64,000 nucleotides of DNA, taken from assembly GCA_965603825.1 (NCBI GenBank), contig CBFDEM010000035.1, positions 372,001-436,000 of the forward strand, given 5' to 3'. The notes beneath the pieces were generated by a model that was given only the letters and a program-made list of their open reading frames with translations, was not told the origin of the DNA and searched no databases. This DNA comes from Blepharisma stoltei ATCC 30299. Taxonomy: Eukaryota; Protista; Ciliophora. Below are positions 12,567-24,868 of this stretch, piece after piece (position 1 is the stretch's first letter; the number at the start of each line of letters is the position of its first letter). The position numbers and the translations under genes were made by a program.

Positions 12567-15500
12567 TTAATTATCTTTAAATAAGTTGCGATTAATTGTA
12601 GGCCTTCTATTGCCACATTCTCCAAGCTCTATAGTGTCGTCTCCCATATCCTCTTTTTTATTTAACTTTATAAACTCAGCTCCTTTCATGTGATTTTCTT
12701 CTTTGAATTCTTTTTGAAATTGTTCTAAATTCTCAATATTCTCTAAAGTCAGAATATAATGAGCAGCAGGCTTAGATATTTTTTCTAAATGCTCACCAAA
12801 AATTTTTTTTTCAATCTGGTATCCAGACTCATATTCATTTTTGTTTTTTGAGTATTTAATAATTTTAGGTGATTGATATAGAAGTTTTTCAGATAAATTT
12901 TTCATTTTTGACCTTCCGAGCAAATGGGCGAATTCATGCACAAATGTTACTAAAATTGCTCCTGCTCTTAACTCCACATCGTCCCTATACCAAAAATTTG
13001 AAATGAATATTTGATCGTTGCAAGTAGTTTTACCATATATTCCAAGACGAAATTTTATAAGAAGCGCCTTATTTAAAGCATTTTCAATCAAATCTTTGTA
13101 TTCTTGATTATTTAGATTTATCTGTTCGCAAATCTCATCATAGCAATTTTTAATTATTTCGAAATTTAGAAATTTTCTGGTAACTAATTTTATTTCGTCT
13201 CGAATTCTAATCAAATGAATTTTATCGTAAGGACTTTTAATATTCGAAAAATAAAATTTTGCATCACGCATATCAGCAAATGAAAATGATTCAATTGTAG
13301 TATAAAAATAATCAATAATTAACGCTTGAAATGAATTATTTTTCATTGCCATTTTTTTCCATATTTCATACATATCCTCAGTTAATATCTCCATAAAAAA
13401 GTATCGAATGCTAAGAATTCTTTTTCTTATCGATTCTGCATCACCTTCAACTTTTAAGATTGTATGCATCATTTTTGGTAAATGAAGGAGAAAGCATTTA
13501 AATGCACTTCCCCATTCATAAGTGCCATTTTGAATTAGATATCCATTCTCTGAAGGATGTTTTCGTTCATTTCCAATATATATTTCTTCATATTGATCTT
13601 TAATTTCGTTTCATTCAATATCTGAAGAAATTAGATCAACATCTCATATATGATGCTTTAAAAGACTACAGAAAGAGTCAGGATATATATCTTCTATAAA
13701 ATCTTTTATTTCGTCGTCATCGTACGGTTGCATCCAAATTGATTCTTCTCCACAGCTCCTGCACGATTGAATATTAATTATCTGATTTTCAAAATTATCA
13801 TTAAAGTTTTGCTCTTCTGTCATGAACTCCGCAATCTTTAAATTAATTTTCTTTAAGTAAGGAAAGGCTGCCCTATTTGGTAAATTCCTTATATTTTTGA
13901 TTTTATCCTGGAACGTTCTAAAATTTTGAAAGAAGAGAAAATCATAGAAGCAGTTTACTAAAGAAAAAATAATTCCAGCTTGCTTAATTTTATCGCTTTC
14001 GATCCATGAAAAGTCGTTAACAATTGTATAATTGTTTATTAATACTTTTCCATAAATATTGTTTTCACTTAAATTGTATTTAAAAGTTTTATTAAGAAAA
14101 TCAGCAAGCAGGACTTCATATTCAGGAGGATCAATCATAAAAAATTTTCAGATATATTCTGTAAGAAATATTCATTTTATTTTATCAATTTCATCGGTGC
14201 TTAATTTTTGAAAAAATGGTTTATGATAGCCTGTTAAATTTGAAACAAATTCAAATTCGCTTTCGCATGAATTTTCCTGTCTATTTAATGTAATTTCTCG
14301 AATAAAATAATCATACACATAAAAGAGCATAAAAGGTGCACTATTATCCGTTAAATTAATAATTGTTGAGTAATCATTTTCTAATGCCTTCCAGTAAAGA
14401 TTGAGCCCAGATTTTTTAAAATGTCCGTATCAGGTGGATTTCTTGCTATCTTGAATAGAAAGTCCACAAATCACAAAAAACATATTTTTATGATCAATAA
14501 ACTCATTGAGACTTAAAAATCTTTTTATAATTTGGTCTATTTGATAATAATATTTTTGCATATTTACCAAAGTTGTTGATTTTAATTGAAAATTTTCTAA
14601 ATTAATGTCTGATCATAACTGGGATTTCTTAAATTGAACTGTGTCATATTGTATAACATTTGTTCAATAATCGTTGTTTTCTTTTAATTGTGGAAATCCT
14701 TCTTTTAATATATTTCGATCTATTTGGTTAGCGCCCAATAAAAAGCCAGCAGAATAATTGCTGATAAAATATAAGGGCCCTCCTAAAAGGTCTTCTAATT
14801 TTTTATTGAGATTAGGCTTATCCTCATCTCTGCATTTTCTTTTTTGAGGAAAATTAGTATTTATTTTTGTATTTAATGACTGCCAGAATTGTTCGGCAAA
14901 AGCTAACAGCAAGCCTAATTTATTTTTGGATTCGTTTCCTTTAAATTTATCCGGCAATAAAATGTAATCGTCTTCTAGAAGGAGTCCTTTTTCGGAGTCT
15001 TGCATAAAATTAGAAAAATATGACTTTTGTAAAATGCACTCAATTTCTGATCTCCAATCAGGGAACTGTTCATTGAATAGACCATCCAAAAAGGATGTCC
15101 TAAAGGTGTTTTGAATTCAATTTTTGCAATCGTCAGATATTGGCTCAGTGGAGCAATCTACTTGAAAAAGTCTATTTTTTACATGGGTAATTGTATTTTT
15201 ACAGCTTTTGTTATCGATTTCGAGGCAAGCCACTTTTATTAAACTGTAAATAAAATATTCATATATAAGTGGATCCACCATAGGATTATTTGGCTCCATC
15301 TCCTCAATATTTCCAATAATAAATTTAACTAACTTTATTCGTGGATTTAAAACTCTATTGAGGGAAATAGCTCGGAAGAAATATGCAAGGAAAATTTCTT
15401 TTCAGGAGCGATTTCTATTTAGTTCTGATCGACTGATAATTTGACTGATTTCCGCTGTTCATCTCATCTTAATCTCTTTTAAAGCTTTCAACTGATTGGA

Positions 15501-15572
15501 ATCAAGGTGGTCGGTTATGGACTTCGATATTAGCTTAACCGCATCAGTTATGTCGTTTAGAAAATTGCTCAT
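12567..15572 (-). CDS. Uncharacterised 1001-aa protein with a C-terminal HEXXH (zincin-like) module
   Basis: One open frame when TGA=Trp, from ATG 15572 to TAA 12567. TFVHEFAHLLGR at 12924-12938 is followed by YESGYQIEKKIFG. Confidence 0.75.
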
Positions 15573-15609
15573 TTTTATTATTATAACTTTGTATTGCTAT
15601 TAGATTTTA

Positions 15610-15833
15610 TCTGATTTCTGCAATTTTGAGAAAAGAAAGACTTATACAAAAGTAGACCAATTAAATAGAATTCTTAAGACTCGTTCTACAACATTTTTTA
15701 AAAATCATAAGAATCATACCCTCACAAATAGAGATCTCAAGAGTAAAATATCTGAATTAAAGAACTTATAAGAGATTTACGCACAAAGGCCAACACAGCA
15801 AATCATAATGAGCAAAATCTAAAACAAGTGAAA
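15610..15833 (+). pseudogene. Decayed 5' fragment copy of the 16360-16983 gene
   Basis: Near-identical to ~16332-16575 (gacttatacaaaagtagaccaattaaatagaattcttaagactcg), but the ATG is deleted and small indels are present. Confidence 0.85.
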
Positions 15834-15949
15834 TTTTTTTGTTCCTAACGAAAGGGGATAAGGGCGAAAAATAAAATTTTGAGTCAATATTATCACATTG
15901 AAAAGATTCAGTAGTGCTTGAAAAGAATTAATTTTTTACTGTGACTGTT

Positions 15950-16252
15950 TTTCCGAGCAAATGGGCAAATTCATGCACAAATGCTACTAAAATTGCTTCT
16001 ACTATTAACTCCACATCGTCCCTATACCAAAACTTGAAATAAATATTTGATTGTTGCAAGTAATTTTGCCATATATTCCACGAGGAAAATTTATAAGAAG
16101 AGCCTTATTTACTGATAATGTGACTGATTTCCGCTGTATCATATCATCTTAATCTCTTTTAAAGCTTTCAACTGATTGGAATCGAGGCGGCTGGTTAAGG
16201 AATTCAATATTAGCTTAACCGCATCAGTTAGGTCGTTTAGAAGATTGCTTAT
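15950..16252 (-). pseudogene. Internally deleted copy of the HEXXH gene
   Basis: 15950-16111 matches ~12914-13075 (HEFAH at 15961-15975) and is fused to 16111-16252, which matches 15432-15572. The ATG has mutated to ATA. Confidence 0.85.
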
Positions 16253-16359
16253 TTTTATTATTATAATTTTGCATTACTATAAGTTTCAATATGATAAAAA
16301 GCAGGATAAATTGACACTCACCCCACTCCTCTGATTCTGCAATTTTAAGAAAAGAAACA

Positions 16360-16983
16360 ATGACTAAGACTTATACAAAAGTAGACCAATTAAATAGAAT
16401 TCTTAAGACTCGCTCTATAACATTTTTTAAAAATCAAGAAGAATCACCCCCTACTATCACTCATAAAAATAAAGATCTCAAGAGTAAAATATCTGAATTA
16501 AAAGAATTTATAAGAGATCTACGCAAAAAGGCCAACACAGCAAATGATAATGAACAAAATCTTAAAAAACTGAAAATAACATTACAATCTTCAAAAGAGG
16601 AAGAAAAACAATTAAAAAGCGTTCTTAAATTTCATGAGAATAGTATCAAAGAAATATATTTTGCTTTAAAAAATAATGAAAATCCAACACAATTGTTTAC
16701 TTTAGCAGAAAAAATAAAATCAAATAAAAGTTCTTTATACTCAATTGATATTAAATTTGAGACACAAGAAAATAAGCCAAATAATCACTTATCCCCAAAG
16801 TCTAAATTTCTGAATAGTCCATACAATTCTCCTTCATTCTCCTATCACCGAAAAACTAAAAGCCAAACTTTTATAACACCAATAGCCCTAAACTTAGACT
16901 CAAAGTTAAACTCAATAAAAAAGCGAACTAAAAGTGTCCTAGACAAGCTTAATTTGGACAGAAAAACTAGGATAAATAATTAA
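16360..16983 (+). CDS. Hypothetical coiled-coil protein, 207 aa
   Basis: Uninterrupted ATG..TAA ORF with K/N/E-rich heptads. Confidence 0.7.
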   Translation: MTKTYTKVDQLNRILKTRSITFFKNQEESPPTITHKNKDLKSKISELKEFIRDLRKKANTANDNEQNLKKLKITLQSSKEEEKQLKSVLKFHENSIKEIYFALKNNENPTQLFTLAEKIKSNKSSLYSIDIKFETQENKPNNHLSPKSKFLNSPYNSPSFSYHRKTKSQTFITPIALNLDSKLNSIKKRTKSVLDKLNLDRKTRINN

Positions 16984-16992
16984 TTTTTGATT

Positions 16993-19059
16993 TTAACTAA
17001 AAAACTCAGGATATCTATACACTAGCATTCTCAAAAACCCTTCATTCTCCAAAAACTGCATATGCGCTTTTCTTCCTATCATTGTGTCTATTGACTGATT
17101 TAGCTTGAAATTCACGTCAAGCTTTATTAATTTCTGCAGAGTCAGCCTATTCAGCAGATTATGGACCATATTTATATATAAATTTCCTTTTTCTGCATCT
17201 CTTGACGCACGAGGTGGGACTTCCATACGCGCAGAGTCAAATGGGGCGTATTTGTCTTGGGCTGAGCTTACTAATACGACATATTTAAACCATTCCAAGC
17301 CTTCATATTTTGATAATTTATATAGAAAAGTACCTTCGACTGACTCATGGTCTTCAAAACAAAGCTGTTTCATAGACAAAAATTTTTTGAATTTTTTTAG
17401 CACCCACATCCCGGCGTCAAGGATTTTACTGGAGTACATAACCCCAAGGTGTGGGGTGGATAAGGTCAAGAAAAGCCTCATTTTGTCAGATAAGCAGGAT
17501 AAATAAGGTAAAGCTGCTCGGATTATTAACCCTCCTAAGCTGTGGCCGATAAAAGAAATTTCGGGGGTTTCGTCAGGGCATCATTCACTTAGAAAGTGGA
17601 TTAATTCTTTGCTGAGCCGAAAACCCATTTCTTGGATGTCGCCTTCAGTCCGATTTTCATTAGAGGTGGACTCGAGGAAAAAGCATCGGGGATAGACCAT
17701 CCCAATGTAATTTTTCACGATTTTTAAGTCATATGAGTTACCTTGGAATCCATGGACCAGTACAATTACATGCATATCTTCTATAGGATTTCCGCTGGGA
17801 GTTCTTATTAAATTTTCATTATTTACATCATTTTCTGCATAAAAAATTTGCTCAAACATAATTGGGTGCAGTCTGGCTACTGGGAATAAAGATTCCTCTT
17901 GCAGAGGAAGGAACTCTAAATTCATAAAATAAGGGCTTCTTCTCATAGATTTCGCAGTAATTTTGTGCAATTTTCTGGAGTTTTCGACCCCACAGATATC
18001 AAATTCTCATTTTCTGTGTATTTCTCTTACGACGAATTCCCCATATCTTTCCATTAGTCTGTCCTCATAAATTCTTTTGAAATATTTGCAGGTTTTTCTA
18101 GGATTTTTTACAATGATATCCCTAAGCTGTATAAATGCTTGATAAATAAACCCAGCGAGAAGCTTCGACTCTCTTAATAAATTTTCACATACAGTATATG
18201 GATCGCTGCTTCCTAATTTTTCAGAGAAATTTCGACTGCTTGCGTCCCCGTCATTTTCATCTATAAGTGGAAGTCTTAAAGCCTGCAATTTTATAGCCTC
18301 TCCAAGTGAACAAATATTGGCTAATTGATCTATATGTTTTCTCATTCCTTCATGAACCTGTGCTAAAATCGAGATATATTCATTATATTTTTCATCAATT
18401 TCGCTAGCACCTATAAAGCTTTTTAGTCTTCCTTTTTTGTCAGCAAATAGCTGATTAACAAAGGTGTGCATGTCGCCATATGGTAATTTATAATCATAAA
18501 AAATCACATGGACTATTCCTTCGACTGCACAAAATCATCTGGAGCCAAAAAACCCTGGAAGGAAATCGTGGAGGCCTTTTAGAGGGTAAGAAATAATGAA
18601 GTTCCTGGATTTTACCACTGAGAGGACATTTTCATAGGAAACTTGATGGGTGCTCTGGACAAGTGGCTTTTTTGCTGAAACTTCACCATATAAGAGGTCT
18701 AGTTGTAAGGTCAAAGGGATTTGTGAAAAATTTTCAGTAACTTCGATTTCCAAACGAAAAGTTGCGACTTCGTTGAGCTTGACTTTTTCTTCACTATATC
18801 GAATCAGAAAAGTTTTTGAGTGTACACACAATAATTTTTCGTCTAAATACCCAGAAATTATATTGTGAGGGTCTACTTTGATGAGGTCTTCGCGAGAAGA
18901 TTTCGAATAAGTGTAAGTAATGGGAACTGCGTAGATTTTTTGTTGGGAAAGTTGATAATAGCAAGAAATTTGTAATTGATAGAGTCCTTGTTGAGAGAGA
19001 TCAATATTGACAAAGCGATCTAGCTGGACTACAATTTCTAGGATTGATTTAAGTGGCAT
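16993..19059 (-). CDS. FAM135-like protein (C-terminal DUF676 putative serine esterase), 688 aa
   Basis: N-terminal RFVNIDLSQQGLYQL, then VLVHGFQGNSYDL, SFIGHSLGG, STPHLG and SSAQDKYAPFDSAR. TGA(Trp) at 18535, 18007 and 17581 join four ORFs in one frame. Confidence 0.9.
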
Positions 19060-19450
19060 AATTAATTAATCAAAGGTTTTTATTGAGATCTGATAATTTA
19101 ATAATACGTAAAAAATAAGAAATTTACAAAGAAATTAGGAAATGGATGATGATTCATATTCTATAAGTGGGTTTTCTCTGGAAATTGTTAATTTAATATT
19201 ATTTGACCCTAGCAAATTTTACTGATTTTTGATGTGAAATTTAAATTTTTATTATATTAAAGTATAATTTTATGTCTCTAACCGTAGTTTTTGATAACGA
19301 AAAATTGCTAAACTTTTTATTCGGTTAAAATTAGTTTTTTTTGTTTGACGAGTTCATGATTTATTGATAAAATGTATTTCCTCAAATAATTTGAATGATC
19401 TTTTATAATAAAGAAAATCAACAAGAATATTGAGCATAAAATTTATTAAA

Positions 19451-20152
19451 TTAGCCTAATTTTGATTTTTTCGATGGATTTCCATCATCGTCTCTTTGCA
19501 CACTCATCATTCCACACAACTTGTCAAACGTTGCTTTATCTAAATAATCCACTTTTATCTGTATCCTGTCTGAGTCTAATTCTTCAATAGCTGTTTTACA
19601 TTGGCTTTCTACAATTTTTACAACTTCAGCCAGCACATCATGAGTTGATTTTCTGACTTTTTCGGCTAATTCTACTTTCGCCTCAAAACTTACATTTTCA
19701 ATTGGAATTTTGATTTCTTGCTCAATTGCTGGGGGCTCTTCTCTAGCCCTTTTTTGAGGCTTTTCACTAATTAGCCCATGCTTTCCGCAGTATTTTTTTG
19801 TTCTTGCTTCCATGCTTTGTGCTTGCTCATAAATTGGCTAAATATGATTTACCGATCCCATTTGGTTATAAGTTTTACAGTTTTCCCAGACAAGATTGAT
19901 ATCGGAAATTATTTCTTGGAGTGAGCTGTATTTTTCTGATTTTATTTTCTTTTTTACTGTGGATAAGTCCATTGGATGCTTTATGACTAAAGGATAATCA
20001 TCGAGGCCAGCTGCTTTATAGTCGACAGGCTTAAGGAAAGGAAAAGCGTCATTTTGTTTTTCGAGGTGCTTTAATAAATCTAAGGCTTTTTTGGCGTCTT
20101 CTTTTGATAGGGCTTTCTTTTTTGAGGATTCTTGCTTAGCTTGGGGATCCAT
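19451..20152 (-). CDS. Single-bromodomain + ET-domain protein (BET/GTE-like); 15-nt intron at 19838-19852
   Basis: AFPFLKPVD..DDYPLVIKHPMDLSTV..VWENCKTYN bromodomain and an ET-like VSFEAKVELAEKV..IQIKVDYLDKATFDKL. Intron GTAAATCATATTTAG. Confidence 0.9.
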
Positions 20153-20219
20153 GATAATTATTCTTAATATTTGGAGGGAATTTTAAGATACTTATTTAGA
20201 AAATTAAAATACAGGTAAA

Positions 20220-21263
20220 TTATATAGCTTCATCTACTTCTTTTGATAGTCCTAAGAGCTTTTGTTTTTGTAAGGAGTTCAGCTCTTTTTGTGCTTTTAA
20301 AAGAATATGCTTAAATTTTTCAATTTCTTGCTTAATTTTTGAAATTTTTATATCAATAGGTCCTTCTAAATCAAATTCTGCTTGAATTTTTGAGCTTTCC
20401 AAGTTTATTTTAATTTCAATAATTTTTGCAATTTTTTCATTTCCTTCATTTTTTTCTGCTGCTTTTAAGCATGCTTTTGTGCAAGTTATATCATTTTTGC
20501 AGTACTCATAGCAAATATTATATTGGCATCTATTCATTTCAATAAAATCATCAATAAATTCATAGCAAGCTGAAGTAACCACACTAGGAATATTTATACT
20601 TTCTTTAGGAGCCTCTTCAATTTTTGCGTTTTCCTCCACTTTTTGTACCCCACAATGAGAAGTGCATTCTCCATTCCCATCACAGCACAAATCGCAGAAA
20701 TTTTCTAAGCATGAGTGGATTGTATGCAGCCTCTTATCATTCGAATTCGGATCAAAAAATTTTGTGCAAAACTTATTTGATTCATCTTCACTACAATTTT
20801 TCTTTTCTTTTTCACCTTGGATATTTTTTGAGCAGAATTTTATGCATTTTTGCATTTCTGTGTCAGTTTCTGAGTTTATTTTCAGCTCTCCAGAGCAGCA
20901 GTCATAGCAAAAGCTATTATAGCATTTAAGTTTATCTTCTTCTATTGAGTTATATTTTTCACAATATGGCTTCATAGCTTCCTTCATCTTTTCGCTTGAG
21001 CAGACTTTGATAAAAATTTCTTCTGGGTCATTTTTTACATTAGAAGCAACATGGGTTGATCTGCAAAGATTTAAGCAGTCACTTGAAGAATATGACTGGC
21101 AGCAATAATCACAAAAATTCACAAAGCAGGATATTGTAGCAGCACTGCCATTGGACGAGAGAAGTTTCGACTCGCAGAAATCTTTTTGAGTTCCGCTTGA
21201 TTTGGCTTGAATGCATTCTTGATAGGAAAAGACTGAAGATATAAGTGCAAGAAATATGAGCAT
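20220..21263 (-). CDS. Predicted secreted Cys-rich repeat protein with C-terminal coiled coil, 347 aa
   Basis: Signal peptide MLIFLALISSVFS and four repeats around C-x4-C-x2-C-C (SCFVNFCDYCC, KCYNSFCYDCC, SCLENFCDLCC, RCQYNICYEYC). Confidence 0.8.
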   Translation of the reverse strand: MLIFLALISSVFSYQECIQAKSSGTQKDFCESKLLSSNGSAATISCFVNFCDYCCQSYSSSDCLNLCRSTHVASNVKNDPEEIFIKVCSSEKMKEAMKPYCEKYNSIEEDKLKCYNSFCYDCCSGELKINSETDTEMQKCIKFCSKNIQGEKEKKNCSEDESNKFCTKFFDPNSNDKRLHTIHSCLENFCDLCCDGNGECTSHCGVQKVEENAKIEEAPKESINIPSVVTSACYEFIDDFIEMNRCQYNICYEYCKNDITCTKACLKAAEKNEGNEKIAKIIEIKINLESSKIQAEFDLEGPIDIKISKIKQEIEKFKHILLKAQKELNSLQKQKLLGLSKEVDEAI

Positions 21264-21471
21264 TTAAATTTTAACAGTCATAATAAAATATACTTGAAAA
21301 TTCAGAAATTCGTTAAGACAAACAGTCTGAAATTGTTTTTTAGCTCTAAAGGCCAGAAATCTTTAATTAATCAACTTTTTAATAAAAATTAAAATAGAAA
21401 AAGAAACACAAAAAAACCTCTTTCCCTTAATCTCCCCAAAAATCTTAGTTTAATATAAATTCCCATTAAAA

Positions 21472-21897
21472 ATGCTTTTCCGTCCAAGAATTGCTTTCAG
21501 ACTCATGTCCACTTCCATGATGCAAGCAAGCGCCTTCCCCCATAACGAAGACACCACCAAAATCTCTCCTATGGTCTACGACAAAGAAGGGACTATTGTT
21601 CCACGCAACTATTTAGTCCTCAGAAAAGAAGAAGAGATTGAAAAATACGTCCTTAACTTGCTTCACAATTATTTCCGCACGTGCAATAAAGCGGCTCTTT
21701 CTATTAATAGCTATCTCCCTGATCATGGACTAGACAGCTTGGACGCCGTTGAACTTGTAGTAAGGATGGAAGATGAGCTTGGCTATGTCATCCCTGCTGA
21801 AGCACTTCCAGCTTTTAAGAATGCCAGAGCTTTCGTGAACTATATCAAACAGACTGAAGACTTTAAAGCTGAGTTTAATAAAAACCCAATAAACTAA
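21472..21897 (+). CDS. NDUFAB1: Mitochondrial acyl carrier protein (NDUFAB1-like)
   Basis: Arg-rich presequence and the phosphopantetheine motif HGLDSLDAVELVVRMEDELG. Confidence 0.88.
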   Translation: MLFRPRIAFRLMSTSMMQASAFPHNEDTTKISPMVYDKEGTIVPRNYLVLRKEEEIEKYVLNLLHNYFRTCNKAALSINSYLPDHGLDSLDAVELVVRMEDELGYVIPAEALPAFKNARAFVNYIKQTEDFKAEFNKNPIN

Positions 21898-22449
21898 GCT
21901 TAATCTGCAGAGTTAGATTATATAAAGCTAGGTTATAATTTCTGAAAAATTAATATGCATTTTTAAGAAATTTAGATTTTCAGGAATATATGTGAGGTTA
22001 ACAGATTTCTAAATTCGGTTATATGACTAAAATTGTTTAATTGGAATTATTTATAAATGAAAGAAAAGTGCCATTACAGAATAATTTAGCTCTTGATCTT
22101 TTTATATGTGGCTAAATGCCACATAGCAATAATTTATAAGGCAATCATATATGCAGCACAAAAATGGAACATCCGAATATATCTTCTCTCGGAAATAAAC
22201 TCCGGGTGAGCATAAATTGATTTAAAATTTTGATACCATTAAATAATTTTTAGCCTTCCATATCTTCTGAATTCTTATATCTTATTCAAAAGGTTGAGGA
22301 ATTGCTCCAGAGGCTTAAATTTTTCCAAACCGAAAGCCAATTTATTTATTCATATCTCTTGAATCCACTAGATAGTACATTTTAGTAGCTGCTACAGTTT
22401 ATTTTTGACAATAAAATCAAAATAATAGTTTTGTTTGAATATTCACTAT

Positions 22450-23215
22450 TTGCAATAATATACAGTGATATTTTTAAAATAAAATGCAATAATTATTATT
22501 ATTATCTTGCTTTTCATTTTGGATCTTCTTACCTGAGTATCTGAGGTCGTTGCAATCTTTTTATATTCCAAATTTTCCACATCGAACTCGCATATGCATG
22601 AGCGTATATTAATGAAAAAAATATAATTATTATAATAGCAAGTATTTGAGTAGGGGTAAAACCGTCCATTTTTTACGCTTCCTAAACAATTTCATATTTT
22701 TGTATTATTTATTTCTGAAAAATAACAAAGGCAGTCACCTGTCAAAAGAAAGCATCGGCCTTGGATTACAATGAGTAATTTAGATAATCGTTGGTCGATT
22801 TTGAAAATTCTGTCATAAGAATCTTTAGTAGGATTATATTCTAGTATGTTTCCAAGCCCGCTTCCTGCAATTAAAATTTTTCTATCAAAAACAATTGTAG
22901 TAGTTTGACTAGTAGATTCAGGCAAATCTGCTATGCTTTTTCACTTATTTTTCCTTAAATTAAACTTATCACTGATTGCTTGCTTTTCATAATTACCTAT
23001 ATAGCCCCCAAAAATATAAATAAAATTTTCGAATAAACTGGGGTTGCCATTGGGGTTGAATGTACACCCACTTTTGGCAGAAATTAATTCAAAAGCTTTT
23101 TTCGATATTTTTATTTCTTATTTAGTGCTCTCAGTTTTTTAGAAAAAATAGAAAGTTTCAAATCAGTAGAGCACTTTTAATGGCAAATCACTTATTGTAT
23201 CAAAACATACTCATT
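22450..23215 (-). pseudogene. Kelch-like beta-propeller gene relic, internally deleted
   Basis: NPSLFENFIYIFGG..DKFNLRKNKW(TGA)KSIADLPESTSQTTTIVFDRKILIAG aligns with the 42948 gene. There is an upstream in-frame TAA and only a short FDTISDLPL-like remnant of the N-terminus. Confidence 0.7.
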
Positions 23216-23384
23216 GAATAGATTAAGCATTAAAAATGCTCTATCGGATAGAAATCCTCTAATTTCTGCTTCATTTAGCAGAAAACTGCTAATTTAAGAG
23301 GGTACTAAATAAGAAATCACTCAGTTTTGTATAGTATGAGTATATTTTTTTTTAAATTTAAATTTGAGTTAATTTTTGCATTTT

Positions 23385-23786
23385 TCTATCCATATTGGAC
23401 GTATTTTTGACTCAATTAAGTCGAATTTCTGTCAAAAGTGAATTTAAGCACGCCCTTGCCAAAGCTCTCGGCCTCCCAAAACTCAATATTTCAACAGATT
23501 GCGTTTTGATATCTATAAGAAGACACACTCCAACAATATCGCCATTTTGTGAAGCTCCACCAAACCAAAACAGCTGAAAGCCATTGATGTTACATGAGAA
23601 CCCCCTAATTTGCAGAGTATAAGGAACAGGATTTGGAAGCCTTGCACAGATTTTATTATTTTCTATGTTGTAGACAAGAAATTCTGTTGAATCTATTGAT
23701 ATTTTGCAAAGAAATAAAGGAACATCTGAAATTGAGTCAAATTTGCAGGGCTCTTCTTCGATTAGAGGGTATGGCGCTTCTTCCAT
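23385..23786 (-). pseudogene. Kelch-like gene, 5' half only (truncated)
   Basis: MEEAPYPLIEEE..FLVYNIENNKICARLPNPV..LFWFGG..SFGRPR aligns with the 42948 gene, then similarity stops and a TAG follows shortly. Confidence 0.65.
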
Positions 23787-24316
23787 TTTAAGTTTACGAT
23801 TAGCTAGATTGCTTAAGCAAGAGATTTAATATTAAAGAGAATGTTTGAAGGGGGACATGAAAAAAATTGTTTTAAAATAAACTAAGCATTCAAAGATTAT
23901 TAGCCTTAACAGATTATAGCCCTCTTTGATGCTCATATAATTGGAATTAATATAGGAACTCACTTTTATTAATCTTCATCAAATTACCTTGGTACCATTT
24001 TGCCTTTGGCTTCAGCTTATAACAATAATTTTACTCATTTGCTTTTCAAACACAATGGGAAAATTGATTTTGGAGGTTTTCAAAGTTGGATTATATATTT
24101 AATCTTATAATAGATAAATTTTGCTCAGCAGTGAAAGTAAATAAGAATATTCCACATGAATATTATAAACTGATAATATATATGAATGAAAAATTAATAA
24201 AGTTTATTCAATACAGTAAATTCTGCTTTTAGAAATCATTAAAGAGACTATTTCTTATAAAGAATCAAAAATCATTAAAATCTTAAACACAAAAACTTCA
24301 ATTTAATTAGTATAAA

Positions 24317-24868
24317 TTAACTGCTTAAATAATCAGGTGAATCAATGCTTTCATTTTTAAGCTCTTGAGATTTCATTTTGATATATTTTGCACTCTTAAG
24401 CCCAATAAGCTTATTTTTATTTCTTCTCAAATCTATACTTTTTAGTGAATAAGGGCTTAATAACTCCAATAAAGATGCACATTTAAAGCTTACCTCAGGC
24501 ACATTTTCATATTTTTTCTTAATTGGAGGCAAATTTATGTTGCTTTTGCAAGAAACTTTAATTTTGTGATAAAAATTGTTCCTTTTTAACTTGTTTTGGC
24601 TCCTTTCAAAGCTATTTATTTTTGATAATTTCGAAGTTTTATAGCAACTGTTGTCCTCTTTTAATTCTTGGTCATGGAAAATTTTTTTGACTTTGGTTTG
24701 AATTTTCAATTGATTTTCATAGTATTTTGAAATATCTTCGTTCTTTATGTGGAATTTAACCAAAGGCATTATTCTTGGTTTTTTCTTATATAATAAATCC
24801 AGCTCTGAGATTTCAAAAGATGCTAAGTCCTTTGAAAATCTTTGGATTTCTGAAGTATTTATGCTCAT
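24317..24868 (-). CDS. Hypothetical Lys-rich protein, 183 aa
   Basis: Isolated ATG..TAA ORF with no recognised motif. Confidence 0.55.
   Translation of the reverse strand: MSINTSEIQRFSKDLASFEISELDLLYKKKPRIMPLVKFHIKNEDISKYYENQLKIQTKVKKIFHDQELKEDNSCYKTSKLSKINSFERSQNKLKRNNFYHKIKVSCKSNINLPPIKKKYENVPEVSFKCASLLELLSPYSLKSIDLRRNKNKLIGLKSAKYIKMKSQELKNESIDSPDYLSS

Noticed and set aside
23050-23460. A ~400-bp IES/MITE splitting one kelch gene
   Set aside because: No terminal inverted repeats or clean direct repeats are visible. The interval holds remnants of a second kelch N-terminus, so two decayed tandem copies fit better.
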